Part shown: positions 13,302 through 25,244 of the stretch, in pieces | Numbering within the stretch: the stretch's first letter is position 1 | How the letters are laid out: the number at the start of each line of letters is the position of its first letter | Source of the DNA: Azolla caroliniana | Taxonomy: Eukaryota > Plantae > Polypodiophyta | Length of the DNA: 64,000 nucleotides | NCBI GenBank assembly: GCA_043228905.1 | Contig: JBHGNT010000011.1 | Span: 22,134,001 to 22,198,000, forward strand | Reading direction: 5' to 3' | Notes under the pieces: model-generated | The model's input: only the letters and a program-made list of their open reading frames with translations | Databases searched by the model: none | What the model was told of the DNA's origin: nothing | Made by a program: the position numbers and the translations under genes

Positions 13302-16300
13302 TCAGTAAGCCTTGCCGATGAATTCCACATCAAATAGCAACACCGAATTTGGAGGTATGAGGCAAGAACCTGGCAAATGCAAGTGATATTCTCTGTTATT
13401 CTAAACTCTCTCTCTCTCTCTCTCACACACACACAGAGATACAATACCTGCACATACACCCTATTACCAAATTCCCTCAAAGATAATATTTAGAGTAATA
13501 TTTCTTCACCATCTCAAATGATCCGATGGTAGCATAATGTGTGCTAAATTTCAATTATGTTTCCAACCAATTATATGATGTATTACAAAAAGATACATTT
13601 CATATATATTGTTCCATTTAGGAAGAACTTGTCACTTTGAGGACACTTCTTCCCCACTCTCAAGAGATTCTAAAATTGCACAACCTTTACCTTTTAAAAA
13701 TATAAGAATATGTCATTGCGAGCTGGAAATCAAGAGACCTCTAACTATTGGATACTCCATGCATTGTGTATATGAAATGCAATCCGATGTATAATGTGTC
13801 TGACCTCCATGTCCGATGGAGAGAAAAAAACCTCTTTTGCAAGGTTTAAGTTCATCAACCTATCTACAATTCATTGTGATCAAATGAATTTCCCCATGGA
13901 ACTCCTTGGGAAGAGCAAAATAGTGGTTCTAATTAACACATCACCAGCTCGAGTAATTTGAACTACGATAATTTACTTATATGGGAGAGGCAATGGATTT
14001 GGTGGCTTCATACATATACTTAGTATAACTTCAAGCAAGTGCCTCATTAGAACAAGGGGTATTTAATCTTGGTATACACGGAGATGTGATATACATTAAG
14101 TTACAGGTTTTTTTGTTTTCAGGCATCAGTCACTACAATGATCAATTCAGAGAGAGTCTAGACATAATGTTTATGGGTAAAGAAAACTTTATGGTGATAC
14201 ATAGAAAGACTAGATGTGATCTTAATGGGCTTTTAACAACCAGACAAAGGGCATGGATGTAGCCTAGGTAAAGCAAAACATGGTGATACATCGAGGGAAC
14301 TGACTGATGATAACAGATATTCAATGCAGCAGAGAAAGGACGTGGATGGGGAATACTATAATATAGATAACTGCTATGAGCACAACCCACTTCAATAATC
14401 CCCACTTGACGATATGTTTCATACATCCATATAAAGAGTACACATAAAGAGCATGCAGCTTAATTAGAATAAATGGTGCAAATAAAAAATATAACAAGAA
14501 TGAAAGTACAGAAATGCCAGAAGAGATGTGTTCTTGACTCCGGATTCAAATTTCAGTACATACCTCCCCGGCATCCTGCTCCCCGTTCGCCATATCCTAA
14601 AGATGATGGAATTCTCAGAGTACGCTTTCCTCCTGTTGAAACCCAGACAGAATCATTATCAACTTGCTTTACATGAAGTTATCCTAGAGTAAATGATAAC
14701 CTCCAGCTTGGAATCCCACATCACATCAAAAGTTCTTTTGTCCAGCATTTTGGATGGCAAGAGATAAAATTCATTCACATCAATTTTATGTCCAAACATC
14801 TTTCTTGATAAAAATATAAAAAAAAAACATTGACCTAAAGACGTATAATGCATGTGTGCTTTCTTCGTGACATGTTGGTCAGTCTTTTATCAGGATAATC
14901 TAAGAATGTTATTACAACAGTAGGTTTAAGTCTCGTAGACAAAACTTGGCCTTTTCAAGATAATCTACATCCTTTTTTCTTTCAATATAGAAACCCCATT
15001 TTAAGCTTGTATGTACACAAAACCTCTAGTTCTTATAAGTATTGGCTAATGGACGAATAGGGAAAAGAATCCTAATGAATCGCCCAATTTGTGGAGATGG
15101 TTTCTAGTTCATTGAACTTGCTTTAGGAAGGCAAACTGGTGCTATCGATGCCTTCCAAAACATGTGCATATTGCTCCTTGCATAATGCATATCAAAACAC
15201 CTCTTATTAAGCTTAATCACATGAAAAACAAAAGAATGAGCCATATAGAAATATTTGTGCTGATGGTGTTGAACTTAAAAGCACATATCTTGATTCATCA
15301 AATAGCAATACATAGAGCAGCTCCAAAATGGGCAAGGTCAATACAACTAAAATGTGACCAGAATAGAAATCTGGATACTTGCTTAGATACACGAGGTTGC
15401 ATCAGAATGTCAAACAACATTTCGAGCAATCACTGTGAACACAATGTGGAAACATAAATAATCACTCACCTGCCAACATTGGTGGAACTCCTTCACCACC
15501 TAATATTCCTTCATCCCAGCCTTTGATAACCTACAATGCCTGCCCTTAGTAATGTTTAAGACCAACATTTGTTTTTCACTGTTGAAGAACTATATGCACC
15601 TGTCCAATGCCCACTTTAAAGGTAAATGGCTTCCCTCGGTCATAACTGCTATCAAACACTTTTCCATCCTCAAGCTTACCCACATAATTAGCCTGATGAG
15701 AGTAGACAAAGAATCTGTTTGACAAATATCATAAGATGATTGTGTCGACAGTAAATCACAAACTCAAAAAGTGGAAATACATTATTTAATTGTTTGCAAT
15801 GAAACAATGTTTCATGATCCACAACCATGTGTGGATCAATGTAACGGTTTCAGTCTAAAGCTAAAACCTCATTTTTTATTTCAATACAGAAATCTTTCCA
15901 TTCCACATGCAAGTGGACAATTGGCAAAAGCTTGGTTTTTCTAACCTAGAGTTTAAGTTCAAGCAGATTCGTAATGGATCCGGACATCTATGTTCAGTTG
16001 GTTGAGGCATAAGGGAGCGTTCCTCCTAGTAATGAAAAAGGATGAGCGATCCATTCCAACCATTCCCTCCTCGTCGATAATAAATCAAATGTGTGTGAGA
16101 GAGAGACAGATAGACAGAGAGTTCTGAAATAAAATGAAGGAAAATAACGGGACATATACTCCCTATAATTTATTTAAAGAAAGAGAAATTTTAGTGCATG
16201 GCCATGGTTTTCATAGAAGATGTCATGACAAGAACAAATCTCATTCATCAAAGAAATATGTAATACCTTAATGGACATGCCTTTGGAAGCAGGCAAACCA

Positions 16301-16626
16301 GAACCAAGTGAAATATCGCAGTAGGCAAGCCCAGAAGGTGCAACAGTGAAATCACATGAAGATATGGTTGAAGCTTCAGCATATGAAGAAGAAGAAAAGG
16401 AGTCTTGTAATAAGGTTCCCAGTGAGAACGAGCCAATTAGACCCAACAAGCCTCGGCGAGATGAATGAATGATAGGGTCCTCCTGGTTGTGTAGCTGCGG
16501 TGGTTGTGTGAGAGTACAGGAAATGAAAGCTTTCTGTGGTATTTTGGGCTTTGCTAGGGTTTTCTTCCCTGGCAGAGCTATGGTGGGTAGAACAGAGGAG
16601 ACCCCTACGGTGCTGCACACTTCCAT
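13302..16626 (-). CDS. FKBP13: Thylakoid-lumen FKBP-type peptidyl-prolyl isomerase (FKBP13-like); 5 exons: 16626-16267, 15692-15600, 15530-15470, 14632-14564, 13369-13302
   Basis: GT-AG introns. Bipartite transit peptide with twin-arginine SRRGLL and an A-x-A site. FKBP core [40 protein letters not shown]...[20 protein letters not shown]...[13 protein letters not shown]. Both Cys pairs typical of FKBP13 are present ([13 protein letters not shown] and GCRGGSC). The ORF-track start at 16680 is a GTG; the first in-frame ATG is 16626. Confidence 0.9.
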
Positions 16627-19619
16627 GGTTTGGGTTTCAGCTAAGAAAGATCCTTTGCCCGCTTCTTCCTCGACGCTCACTCATTCCTGGACCAGCATTT
16701 CTCTTATGAACAATCAATCCTCTTGATGATGGACTATCATCATCATCATCATCCACAAGAAGCTCTCTCACATCTGGTGTGTCCATGGGAACAAAACAAC
16801 TTCAAATTTCTGGTTTGCCGATGGGAAAATATGAACTTGAATTGACCGTCGAATGGTGAAGCTCCGAATCTCTCCTTAGTTGTAGGTAGTGCATTGCTTT
16901 TTGCATTATGACTCGAATTCAGTGTGTGTAAATACGCCTAATTAGAAAACATGTAATGTTTCATTCCACCATATTGGTCCTGGTTGGACAAGAACTAGGC
17001 TTCTAATTATGCGTTATGTATCAATTTGAATAGATATAGGTCCAATTAGTAGTCGCCCTCCCATGGATGTTTATGATATAGTCAATATTGGGGTTTTTGT
17101 ACTTATAAAGCTAGTTACATTAACATTTGCACTATTATTTCCCTTCATAAAGTCATTCTATAGAGGGGATTCATCCTTGATGATGATGATGCTAGTAGAT
17201 GTCTATGTCTTGAGTGCACAACACACTCCACAATTATATCCTAACTTCTAAGTCATGCTCATGCCTAATACATTATGCATGTGAGGAAATGGTGGATTGA
17301 ACGAGGGGACTATCATTATAACTTTTCCTTTCACTATTTTGTTTATTTTGCTTTTAGGAGATATATTTGCAAACTAATTTTCGTTGAGTAAAGAGGCGTT
17401 TTAAACATGACATTAATTTGCAAGAAACATATGAACGATGGGTAGATTTGCAAAACAAGATCACATGAAGATTTGAAGAGATCGAAGTATCGCAAACATG
17501 ATCATAGGTGCCACATGGAAAACAATACATTTGGGGGGAAAGGAAGCCACATAGAATAATATGATTGCTTTCAGTCAACTGGCAGTGAAAGTTATTGAAG
17601 CTTTCATTGTTGATGTGATAGCGCTTTAAGAAGATAAACCATACATAACAACTTATACATCCAAATTTGGATGATAAAAAAACCCATATGCTCTCAAGTG
17701 CCTCCCAAGTGATGGCTCTATTGGAGGGTGCGATTTTCTTTGAACTCCACTTAATGGGACTCAAGTTCTAGGTATCAAAGACAAATACCCATGAGAAACC
17801 TCACATCAACTACACTGAAGCAATAGACCATTTGGGAAATTCACATATGTCATTGGTTCATGCAATATGTAGCTCATTTTCGGAGTGATTCTTACCTCAA
17901 TGAGATCTTAAGGGCAAGGATTTGTGACAAAACATTTCTAGTTTGTTCTGAGTCGATGTCTTGAAGCTTACCAAATTCATAGAGTGACCCTAGGGATTGA
18001 GCAGACGTTATGGGGTTTTCCTTGTATTTAGGTTGAGTCCAAGAATTTATAGAAGGGCTTTGTATAGACCATACGATATCGTGAAAGAAAGAGATGGGGT
18101 GATATTCCTCTTTTCTTTTCTTTTTTCCAAAAACCACTACTTCTCATCAGTTAGCAAATAGAATACAACAAAGTTTGTCCAAATCCACAATGGGATCAAC
18201 ATAGACAACTTGGAAAACAACTCCAAAACTATCAAACAAAAACAATAAAAAAACTCAATTGATCCTTAACTCAAGCAAAATTGAAATAAACCCTATTTTA
18301 CCCCGACTGTACAGTTCCCAACAGACTCTTTTCTAACAACATTATCCGGGTAACATGACTATACCAACACATGTTTGTGTCAGCTATACATACATAATTA
18401 CAACCCATGTACAATATTGGGAGCCATCGGTGGAAACAGCCACCTAGGTGCCTGGTAATTCCACTTAGGGCTCGATGAAGATTTGACTAGCATGGGAGAG
18501 CTACTCCATTTCAGCAAGAACTTGGACCTTGCCCTTTCTACTTCTTCTGAATCCCCTTGAATCAAATCATACCAACCGCGCAACCAAGCCACAAGATCAA
18601 ACTAGATATTTAACATCATCTCCCCACATGAGAGGTTTTGCTGCGGAAAAACAAACTTACAACGCTTGATCTAGATGTGCCAGGCCGTCAAACATGCCAC
18701 CATAAGCCAAATCTCCTCAAAAAATTCAGAATTTGTGTCTGGTCTCACCCCATCACATTGGAACACGCTACCACCCTGCACTATATAATCCATGTCCTTG
18801 TGGGTTTAACCATTCGCCCCAACTTTCCCCTTTTAGGGACAATCCTTGTATTGAGCCCCACACAACGTTCCCTTTCACACCACAGACTGCCACGATTCGA
18901 AGGCTTCTACTCCAAATGTTAATCGCCTCTGTATAATTCCAAAAACAGTGAGAGATTGATTCCAAAGCCTGTCCACATAACTTACAACTAGCCTCACCAC
19001 CACGGGAGCTCAACCACTCGCCTACAGGTATCGCCTTGTGGCTAAGAAGCCACAACCAAGCCTTAATTTTTTCTAGCATATCCAATGCCCATAGTCTCCT
19101 CCAAAACGACTTCAAATCAGCGTTTGAAATGCCTTTATCCTTCCTGCTGTTGTGAATCATTCCAGCACCCACAGTTTTGGAGCCAATGATTCGTCTTCCT
19201 AGCTTGGTATTGTATTCAAAAAACTTTTTCAAGATTTTTGTTCCTGGAGTCTGCCACCAAACCTCCAATGGATCCCACTCCAAATCATATAAGAGCTTGT
19301 TATCGTAAAGCCATATTTTACAATCATGATCCAGTGTCTTAGGGTCTGGGTTCAATTGCCACCACTTACCCGCCAACACTGTCACTCGCACTGCCATCCA
19401 CCTACCATCATCTATCAAAGAACTTAGGTTACCCCAGAAACGATCCCCGCTAGTTGAGCACCTACCACGTGTAAGTTGTGCATCACCCTCACCTACAAAC
19501 CAGCCTAACCAAACTGTCTCTTCTGCAGTCAACTTATCCAATCCATCAACAACCCCATCTATCAGTTGGGTTACCTTCTCTAGTCTTCCAGTAATCCTAT
19601 AATTAACATCCTGACCCGC

Positions 19620-20062
19620 TGTCAGGAATAGTACTAAAACAGAGATGGAATTAGTACAAAGAACAGCAGTACTATTAGTACTAAGAGGACGGGACTGCGT
19701 AAGATTCCCGAGAGAGGAAGTGAGAAGAGGAGAGAGAGAGAGATAGCGAGAATGAGAGAGAGAGAGAGAGAGATGATGACAGCAGCTATATATTATGTGA
19801 AAAGATAAGTACAAGCGGCTAAGAGGCTTAAGACTGGCGTTGAACCAATTTGGTTCAAAACAATGCCTTGTGCCTCCTTTTATAGTGTTTTTAGGAATAA
19901 TCCTGAAGCTTCTAGAATGTTCCAGAGAGATCTGGAATATACATCAATTTTCTATGATAAAGTATAAATGAAAATAATATCCTACAAAATACAATTCATA
20001 ATCTAATGGTAAGAGCTCGACCCATGTAGCATAAAGTCATGGGTTCGAGTCTTGCCATGACA
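19620..20062 (-). repeat. 3' LTR (443 bp)
   Basis: By eye it matches 24871-25315 except one A/T substitution (TTAGTACAAAG vs TTAGTACTAAG) and (GA)10 vs (GA)11. Confidence 0.97.
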
Positions 20063-20075
20063 CTATCTCCCCCTT
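20063..20075 (-). other. Polypurine tract
   Basis: AAGGGGGAGATAG on the minus strand, immediately before the 3' LTR. Confidence 0.9.
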
Positions 20076-23000
20076 AAAGACGACGAGTGGAACGAGTCGG
20101 CGCTAATTGCGGACCGGGTTTGTCCGGATACTTTCGGTGGAAATCAGCAAGAAGATCTTGTGAATTGGCAACATTCTCGACGGGTTCCCAAGTACGTTCG
20201 CTCGGACTATAACCGAGCCAATCGACCAAGTAATAAAGTTTGTTGCGAATAAGTTTGGAATCGAGGATGGCAGCAACTTCATACTCCGGGCCGGCGTCCA
20301 ACTCCAGCGGGGGCGGCGGTGGTGTCACACGATCGGGAATGGTGTTTGCTTTATAAGGTTCAAGAAGAGAACAATGGAAAACCGGATGTATCTGAAGCTG
20401 CGGAGGGAGATCCAGGCGGAAGGTGACATCATTAATCTTCCCCGTAATACGGAAAGGACCGAGTCGTCGATAATCCAACTTGTCGCACGGTCGAGTAGTC
20501 TTGATGTGACGACGTAAGAGCCATACTCGATCTCCGATGGCAAAAGAGGATGGAATCCGATGACGATCCGCATAAGTCTTCTGTGTGTGTTGAGCATGAC
20601 GAAGGTGAGTAGAGAGATCCATCTGGATCTTGCGTAGCCTCTCCAAATGGTCCTCGGCACGAGGGTTGGTAGGTAGCTCCGGAGTGTCGATCACCGACCA
20701 GCGAGGATGGAAACCGGTATAAGCGAGAAATGGGGAGACCCGAGTCGAGGAGTGAATAGCATTATTATACGCAAACTCCGCAAAGTGGAGAATCTCGGCC
20801 CAATCGTCCTGTTGATAACTCAGGAAACACCGGAGATATTGCTCCAACGTTTGGTTTGTTCGTTCCGCCTGTCCGTCAGTTTGAGGATGGTAGCCGGAGG
20901 AGAGGTTGCAGGAGACCTTGAGCATCCTGAAGAGATGCTGCCAAAATTTGGAGACAAATTGCGGGCCTCGGTCACTGATAATACTGTCTGGTAGGCCATG
21001 ATGCCGAAATACCTCACGCATAACAAGAGCGGCGGTTTCCTCGCTAGTGATGGCTTTAGTACATGGCACAAAATGTGCCATCTTCGTATATCGATCGACG
21101 ACGGTTAGGATAGCATCGAACCCCTTCGAGACCGGCAGATCTGTAATAAAATCAAGACAAATAGACTGCCATGGCTTACTTGGAATTGGTAAAGGTTCCA
21201 ACAAGCCATATGGATGGTGTCGTGGCATCTTTGCTCGGCAGCAAGCATCACAGGTCCGAACATAGTCGTCGACAAAACGGCACATGTGGGGCCACCAAAA
21301 ATATCGCTGCACTAACTCCAACGTCTTGGTACTACCGAAATGTCCCGCCGTATGGGTGTCGTGACAATGTTGGACGATTTGAAGGCGACAGGAGCAATCG
21401 GGGACATATACGCGCTTTTTAAAGAATAACAAACCATCACGATATTCGAATTGTCGGTAGTCAATACCTGGTTGTTGAGACTGAGAACAGGATGCCCGAG
21501 AAGTATCAATGTGCGCCAGGATGTCTTGAGCAAAACTATCCGTCTTCAAGGTTGCACGTATGTCATCGGTAATCCGTGAATCCATCGGGGTGTGAAAAAT
21601 CCGCGTCGTGTGCAATCGTGTTGGTCCCAAGATTACTTGCTTTTGATTATCAAATGTTGCGTCACCAGGACGAGGTGCAAGATATGAACGCCGTGATAGT
21701 GCATCTGCTTTTCCTTGCTGCTTCCCCGGTCGATATGTGATTTTGAAGTTGAAACGCGTGAGGAATTGCGCCCACCGAGCTTGCCGTCGATTTAGTACGC
21801 GAGCGTTCTGAAAATAAGCAAGATTTTTATGATCGCTAAAGACAATGACCTGATGTGGAGAGCCCTCTAAGAAATGCCGCCATTGTACAAATGAATCCAC
21901 GATGGCTAATAACTCCTTGTCATGTATTTCGTAGTTGATTTCTGCGACATTGAATTTGCGCGAATGGAAAGCCACCGGATGCAACTCTTCTTTATCGCCT
22001 TGTTGAGAAAGGATGCTACCGAGGGCGAAATCTGATGCGTCGGCCTCCATGATGAATGGTTTGCTTGTATCCACATGAGCTAGAATCGGTGCTGATGTAA
22101 AGGCTTTCTTAAGATGCCGAAAAGCCATATCTGCTTCGATGGACCAAAGAAATGCTTGGCCCTTCTTCGTAAGTTGTGTGAGAGGTAAAATAATCTTCGA
22201 GTAATCCTGTATAAACTTACGGTAGAAGTTAGCAAAGCCTAGAAAACATTGTACATCTCGTACCGACCGTGGAATTTGCCACTCTAGTACAGTTTGGATT
22301 TTAGCTGGATCCATGGCGATGCCCTTTGAGGAGATGACGTAGCCTAGAAATTCCACTTGCTTGCAGTCAAAGCTACATTTCTCTAGCTTGGCATAAAGAC
22401 CATTCTCGCGGAGTCGCTTTAGTACTAATAGTACATGAGAATCGTGCTCTTCCTGGGTCTTCGAATAAATCAACATATCATCCAGATAAATGATCAAACA
22501 GATATCCAAGAGGTCTTTGAATATATCATTTGCCATGTGTTGGAAGACTGCGGGTGCATTGGTTAGGCCAAACGGCATAACAGTATATTCGAAATGCCCA
22601 TACCGCGTGCGAAAAGCGGTCTTCCACTCATCTCCCAGTCGGATCCGCACGAGATTATACGCTCCTCGTAGGTCGATTTTAGTAAAAAAACTTGGCACCA
22701 TTAACTCGCTCTAAAAGACTTGATATAAGAGGAAGTGCATACCTATTCCGGATGGTGACTTTATTCAATCCGCGGTAATCAACGACAAGACGAAGTGAGC
22801 CATCTTTCTTCTTGACAAAGAAGATGGGTGCACCGGCCGGAGATTTCGAATGACGGATGAACCCGCTTGCCAAGTTCTCCTCTATGTAGGCTCGAAGGAC
22901 TTCTAACTCGGTGGGTGACAAGTTGTAAATTGGTCCCCATGGTGGCTCGGTTCCTGGTTGTAAATCGATGGGACAGTCATAGGGACGGTGATGAGGAAGG

Positions 23001-23656
23001 GTACCGGCTTTTACCTTGTCAAATACATCGGCATAAGGATGATATTTTGCCGGAAGTTGTATTGAGGAGTCCTTCTTAATAGTGCTAGAAGGATGTACTG
23101 ATATGGCAAATAGGAACATTGCCTCCTTTGGTCCTTCTTCGCGTAGTTGATGGAGTGAAATGGTCGAAACTCGATGAGTTGATTCTTGGGGTGGTCGATA
23201 TCGGACTTCTCTTGTTCTCCAATCTATGGCTGGATTATGTAATTCAAGCCAAGGTAATCCTAGGACAATAGGATGCTCTGGACTACTAATTATATTAAAT
23301 GATATTATACACACAAAACTACCTAGGACAACTTGAATGGGTTCTGATTCTTCTACAATATTCCCGGAAGCAATGGGACGACCATCAATGACCACTACAG
23401 ATGCGGGACAAGGAAGTTTTCTTAAGGATATCTGAGAAGCTTGAGCAAAATTTCGATCCATGAAACAGGAATTAGCTCCGGAATCTAAAAGTGCTAGGAC
23501 GGGTACTGGGGGAGTACTTTTAGTACTAACAATGACTTGGGCTAGGAACACATTGCTAACTTGCTTGGAAGGAATGGAACCACTAATGGGCTGTACAGAT
23601 CTAGGGCTGCTGTCCAACCAAATGGCTCCTATTTTGGCTGGACTCAATCGTTTAAC
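20074..23656 (-). CDS. pol: pol (protease, RT, RNase H, integrase, chromodomain), expressed by predicted -1 frameshift; carries one extra T at 22684-22690
   Basis: ALLDSGA (protease); [23 protein letters not shown] (RT); EADASD..DKELLAI (RH); HHCC zinc finger, [22 protein letters not shown] (IN); GPF module; [21 protein letters not shown] (chromodomain). Confidence 0.93.
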
Positions 23657-24801
23657 TCTTCATCTAATTGACTAAGGATTTCAAATTTATTTGAGATACT
23701 TGGGCTATTAGTACTATGAATACTATCTGACACTCTATTAGTACTATTAATACTATCAGACACTCCGAAGGGAAGAATTGACTCAGGTTTAGTACAGGCG
23801 ACGATTTGATTTACCTGTATTCTTGGCCTATGGGGACAATTGATGGCGATATGTCCTGGTCCACCGCAATAAAGACATAATCGATTGACACGTCGTCGTT
23901 GCTTTTCTTCTTCCGATAACGGGCCGCGTCGACGCATGGTATCGATCTCCATCGGTGTCGAAGTATTTGCTTGAGGTATGTCTCGTGCAAACGGTTTAGC
24001 CGCGACTGCGGCGTAAGTGGGCTCTGGCCTAGAGCGTGGTATCTGTAATTGACGTTCTGAACGCCGTTCAAAAAGGCGGTTGTCACATCGAACTGCTCGA
24101 CTGATTGCCTCCGTAAGAGACTTTGGTTCTTCGGGGAAAGTTAGAAGTAGATCTTTGACATCGTTTCGCAAGCCATAGCGAAACTGCTCCATTAGTGCTT
24201 GATCATCCCAGGGTATATCTGAAGCAAGTAGGCGGAAATCCGCCGCGTAGGCAGAGGCTGGACGATCGCCTTGACGCAATCGCCGGATCTTGTTGATCGC
24301 CGTCCTGATGCTGTCGGTGTCTCCAAAGCAGGCTTTAAACTCACCAATAAAATCTTCAAAGTTATTAAGTAAGGGTGATTGTTTTTCTAGAAGCGGAGCA
24401 AACCATGCCAAGGCTGAGCCGCTAAGTAGCGTGCCTATTAGGCCGACTCGAGATGCATCAGTGGGATATCGGGAAGGATGCATCTGGATGACTAAGCGTA
24501 CCTGATTAAGGAATCCCCGGAATTGCGAACGCGTTCCATCAAATTTCACAGGAAGTCCAATCTTGGGCTCTTTATGAAATCCTTGGGGACTGGATCCTTG
24601 TTGTTGCAACGCTGCTTCGAGTTGTTGTACCCGTAACGCTAACTCCCCATGTTGTTGTTGCGTTTGTTGTTTTTCTAGAGCGATTTGTTGCAGATCCCCT
24701 ATCAACCGTTGGTTTTCTTGTTCCAGGGCAACAAACTTTTCTTTTAGGCACTGTAGCTCGGAGAAAACGGATTGGTATTCTTGGGCGCTAACAGTAGCCA
24801 T
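23644..24801 (-). CDS. gag: gag: coiled coil, retrotransposon capsid ([15 protein letters not shown]; [12 protein letters not shown]), PMEID motif, CCHC knuckle [14 protein letters not shown]
   Basis: 385-aa ORF with motifs typical of sushi/PEG10/Tcn1-type Gag. Confidence 0.93.
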   Translation of the reverse strand: MATVSAQEYQSVFSELQCLKEKFVALEQENQRLIGDLQQIALEKQQTQQQHGELALRVQQLEAALQQQGSSPQGFHKEPKIGLPVKFDGTRSQFRGFLNQVRLVIQMHPSRYPTDASRVGLIGTLLSGSALAWFAPLLEKQSPLLNNFEDFIGEFKACFGDTDSIRTAINKIRRLRQGDRPASAYAADFRLLASDIPWDDQALMEQFRYGLRNDVKDLLLTFPEEPKSLTEAISRAVRCDNRLFERRSERQLQIPRSRPEPTYAAVAAKPFARDIPQANTSTPMEIDTMRRRGPLSEEEKQRRRVNRLCLYCGGPGHIAINCPHRPRIQVNQIVACTKPESILPFGVSDSINSTNRVSDSIHSTNSPSISNKFEILSQLDEELND

Positions 24802-24856
24802 AGTATAGGGAAAAGGGTAGGAGGATGAGGGAGAGTGACAAGTAGGCTAGAGGAAA

Positions 24857-24868
24857 AAATTGGTTCAA
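24857..24868 (-). promoter_or_regulatory. Non-tRNA primer-binding site (putative self-priming)
   Basis: TTGAACCAATTT starts 2 nt inside the 5' LTR boundary. It lacks the TGG complement of tRNA CCA and is the exact reverse complement of AAATTGGTTCAA at 25104-25093. Confidence 0.8.
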
Positions 24869-25130
24869 ACTGTCAGGAATAGTACTAAAACAGAGATGGA
24901 ATTAGTACTAAGAACAGCAGTACTATTAGTACTAAGAGGACGGGACTGCGTAAGATTCCCGAGAGAGGAAGTGAGAAGAGGAGAGAGAGAGAGATAGCGA
25001 GAATGAGAGAGAGAGAGAGAGAGAGATGATGACAGCAGCTATATATTATGTGAAAAGATAAGTACAAGCGGCTAAGAGGCTTAAGACTGGCGTTGAACCA
25101 ATTTGGTTCAAAACAATGCCTTGTGCCTCC

Positions 25131-25191
25131 TTTTATAGTGTTTTTAGGAATAATCCTGAAGCTTCTAGAATGTTCCAGAGAGATCTGGAAT
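25131..25191 (-). promoter_or_regulatory. LTR promoter: heat-shock element (25157-25176, degenerate extension to ~25191) and TATA box (25137-25131); duplicated at ~19878-19938
   Basis: tGAAg cTTCt aGAAt gTTCc gives four perfect alternating nGAAn units about 20 bp upstream of TATAAAA. Confidence 0.8.
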
Positions 25192-25244
25192 ATACATCAA
25201 TTTTCTATGATAAAGTATAAATGAAAATAATATCCTACAAAATA

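Noticed and set aside
17350-17900. Possible decayed TE coding fragment
   Set aside because: Stop-riddled frame with no recognisable motif.
18768-19814. 348-aa ORF as a stand-alone gene
   Set aside because: It is a chimera of gypsy LTR sequence read into the LINE ORF2 remnant and starts at a non-ATG codon.
19992-20062. Functional tRNA gene
   Set aside because: Acceptor and anticodon stems do not pair; kept only as a tRNA-like A/B-box module.
20325-24505. Short alternative-frame and antisense ORFs within gag/pol
   Set aside because: Expected shadows of a GC-richer coding region; no motifs.
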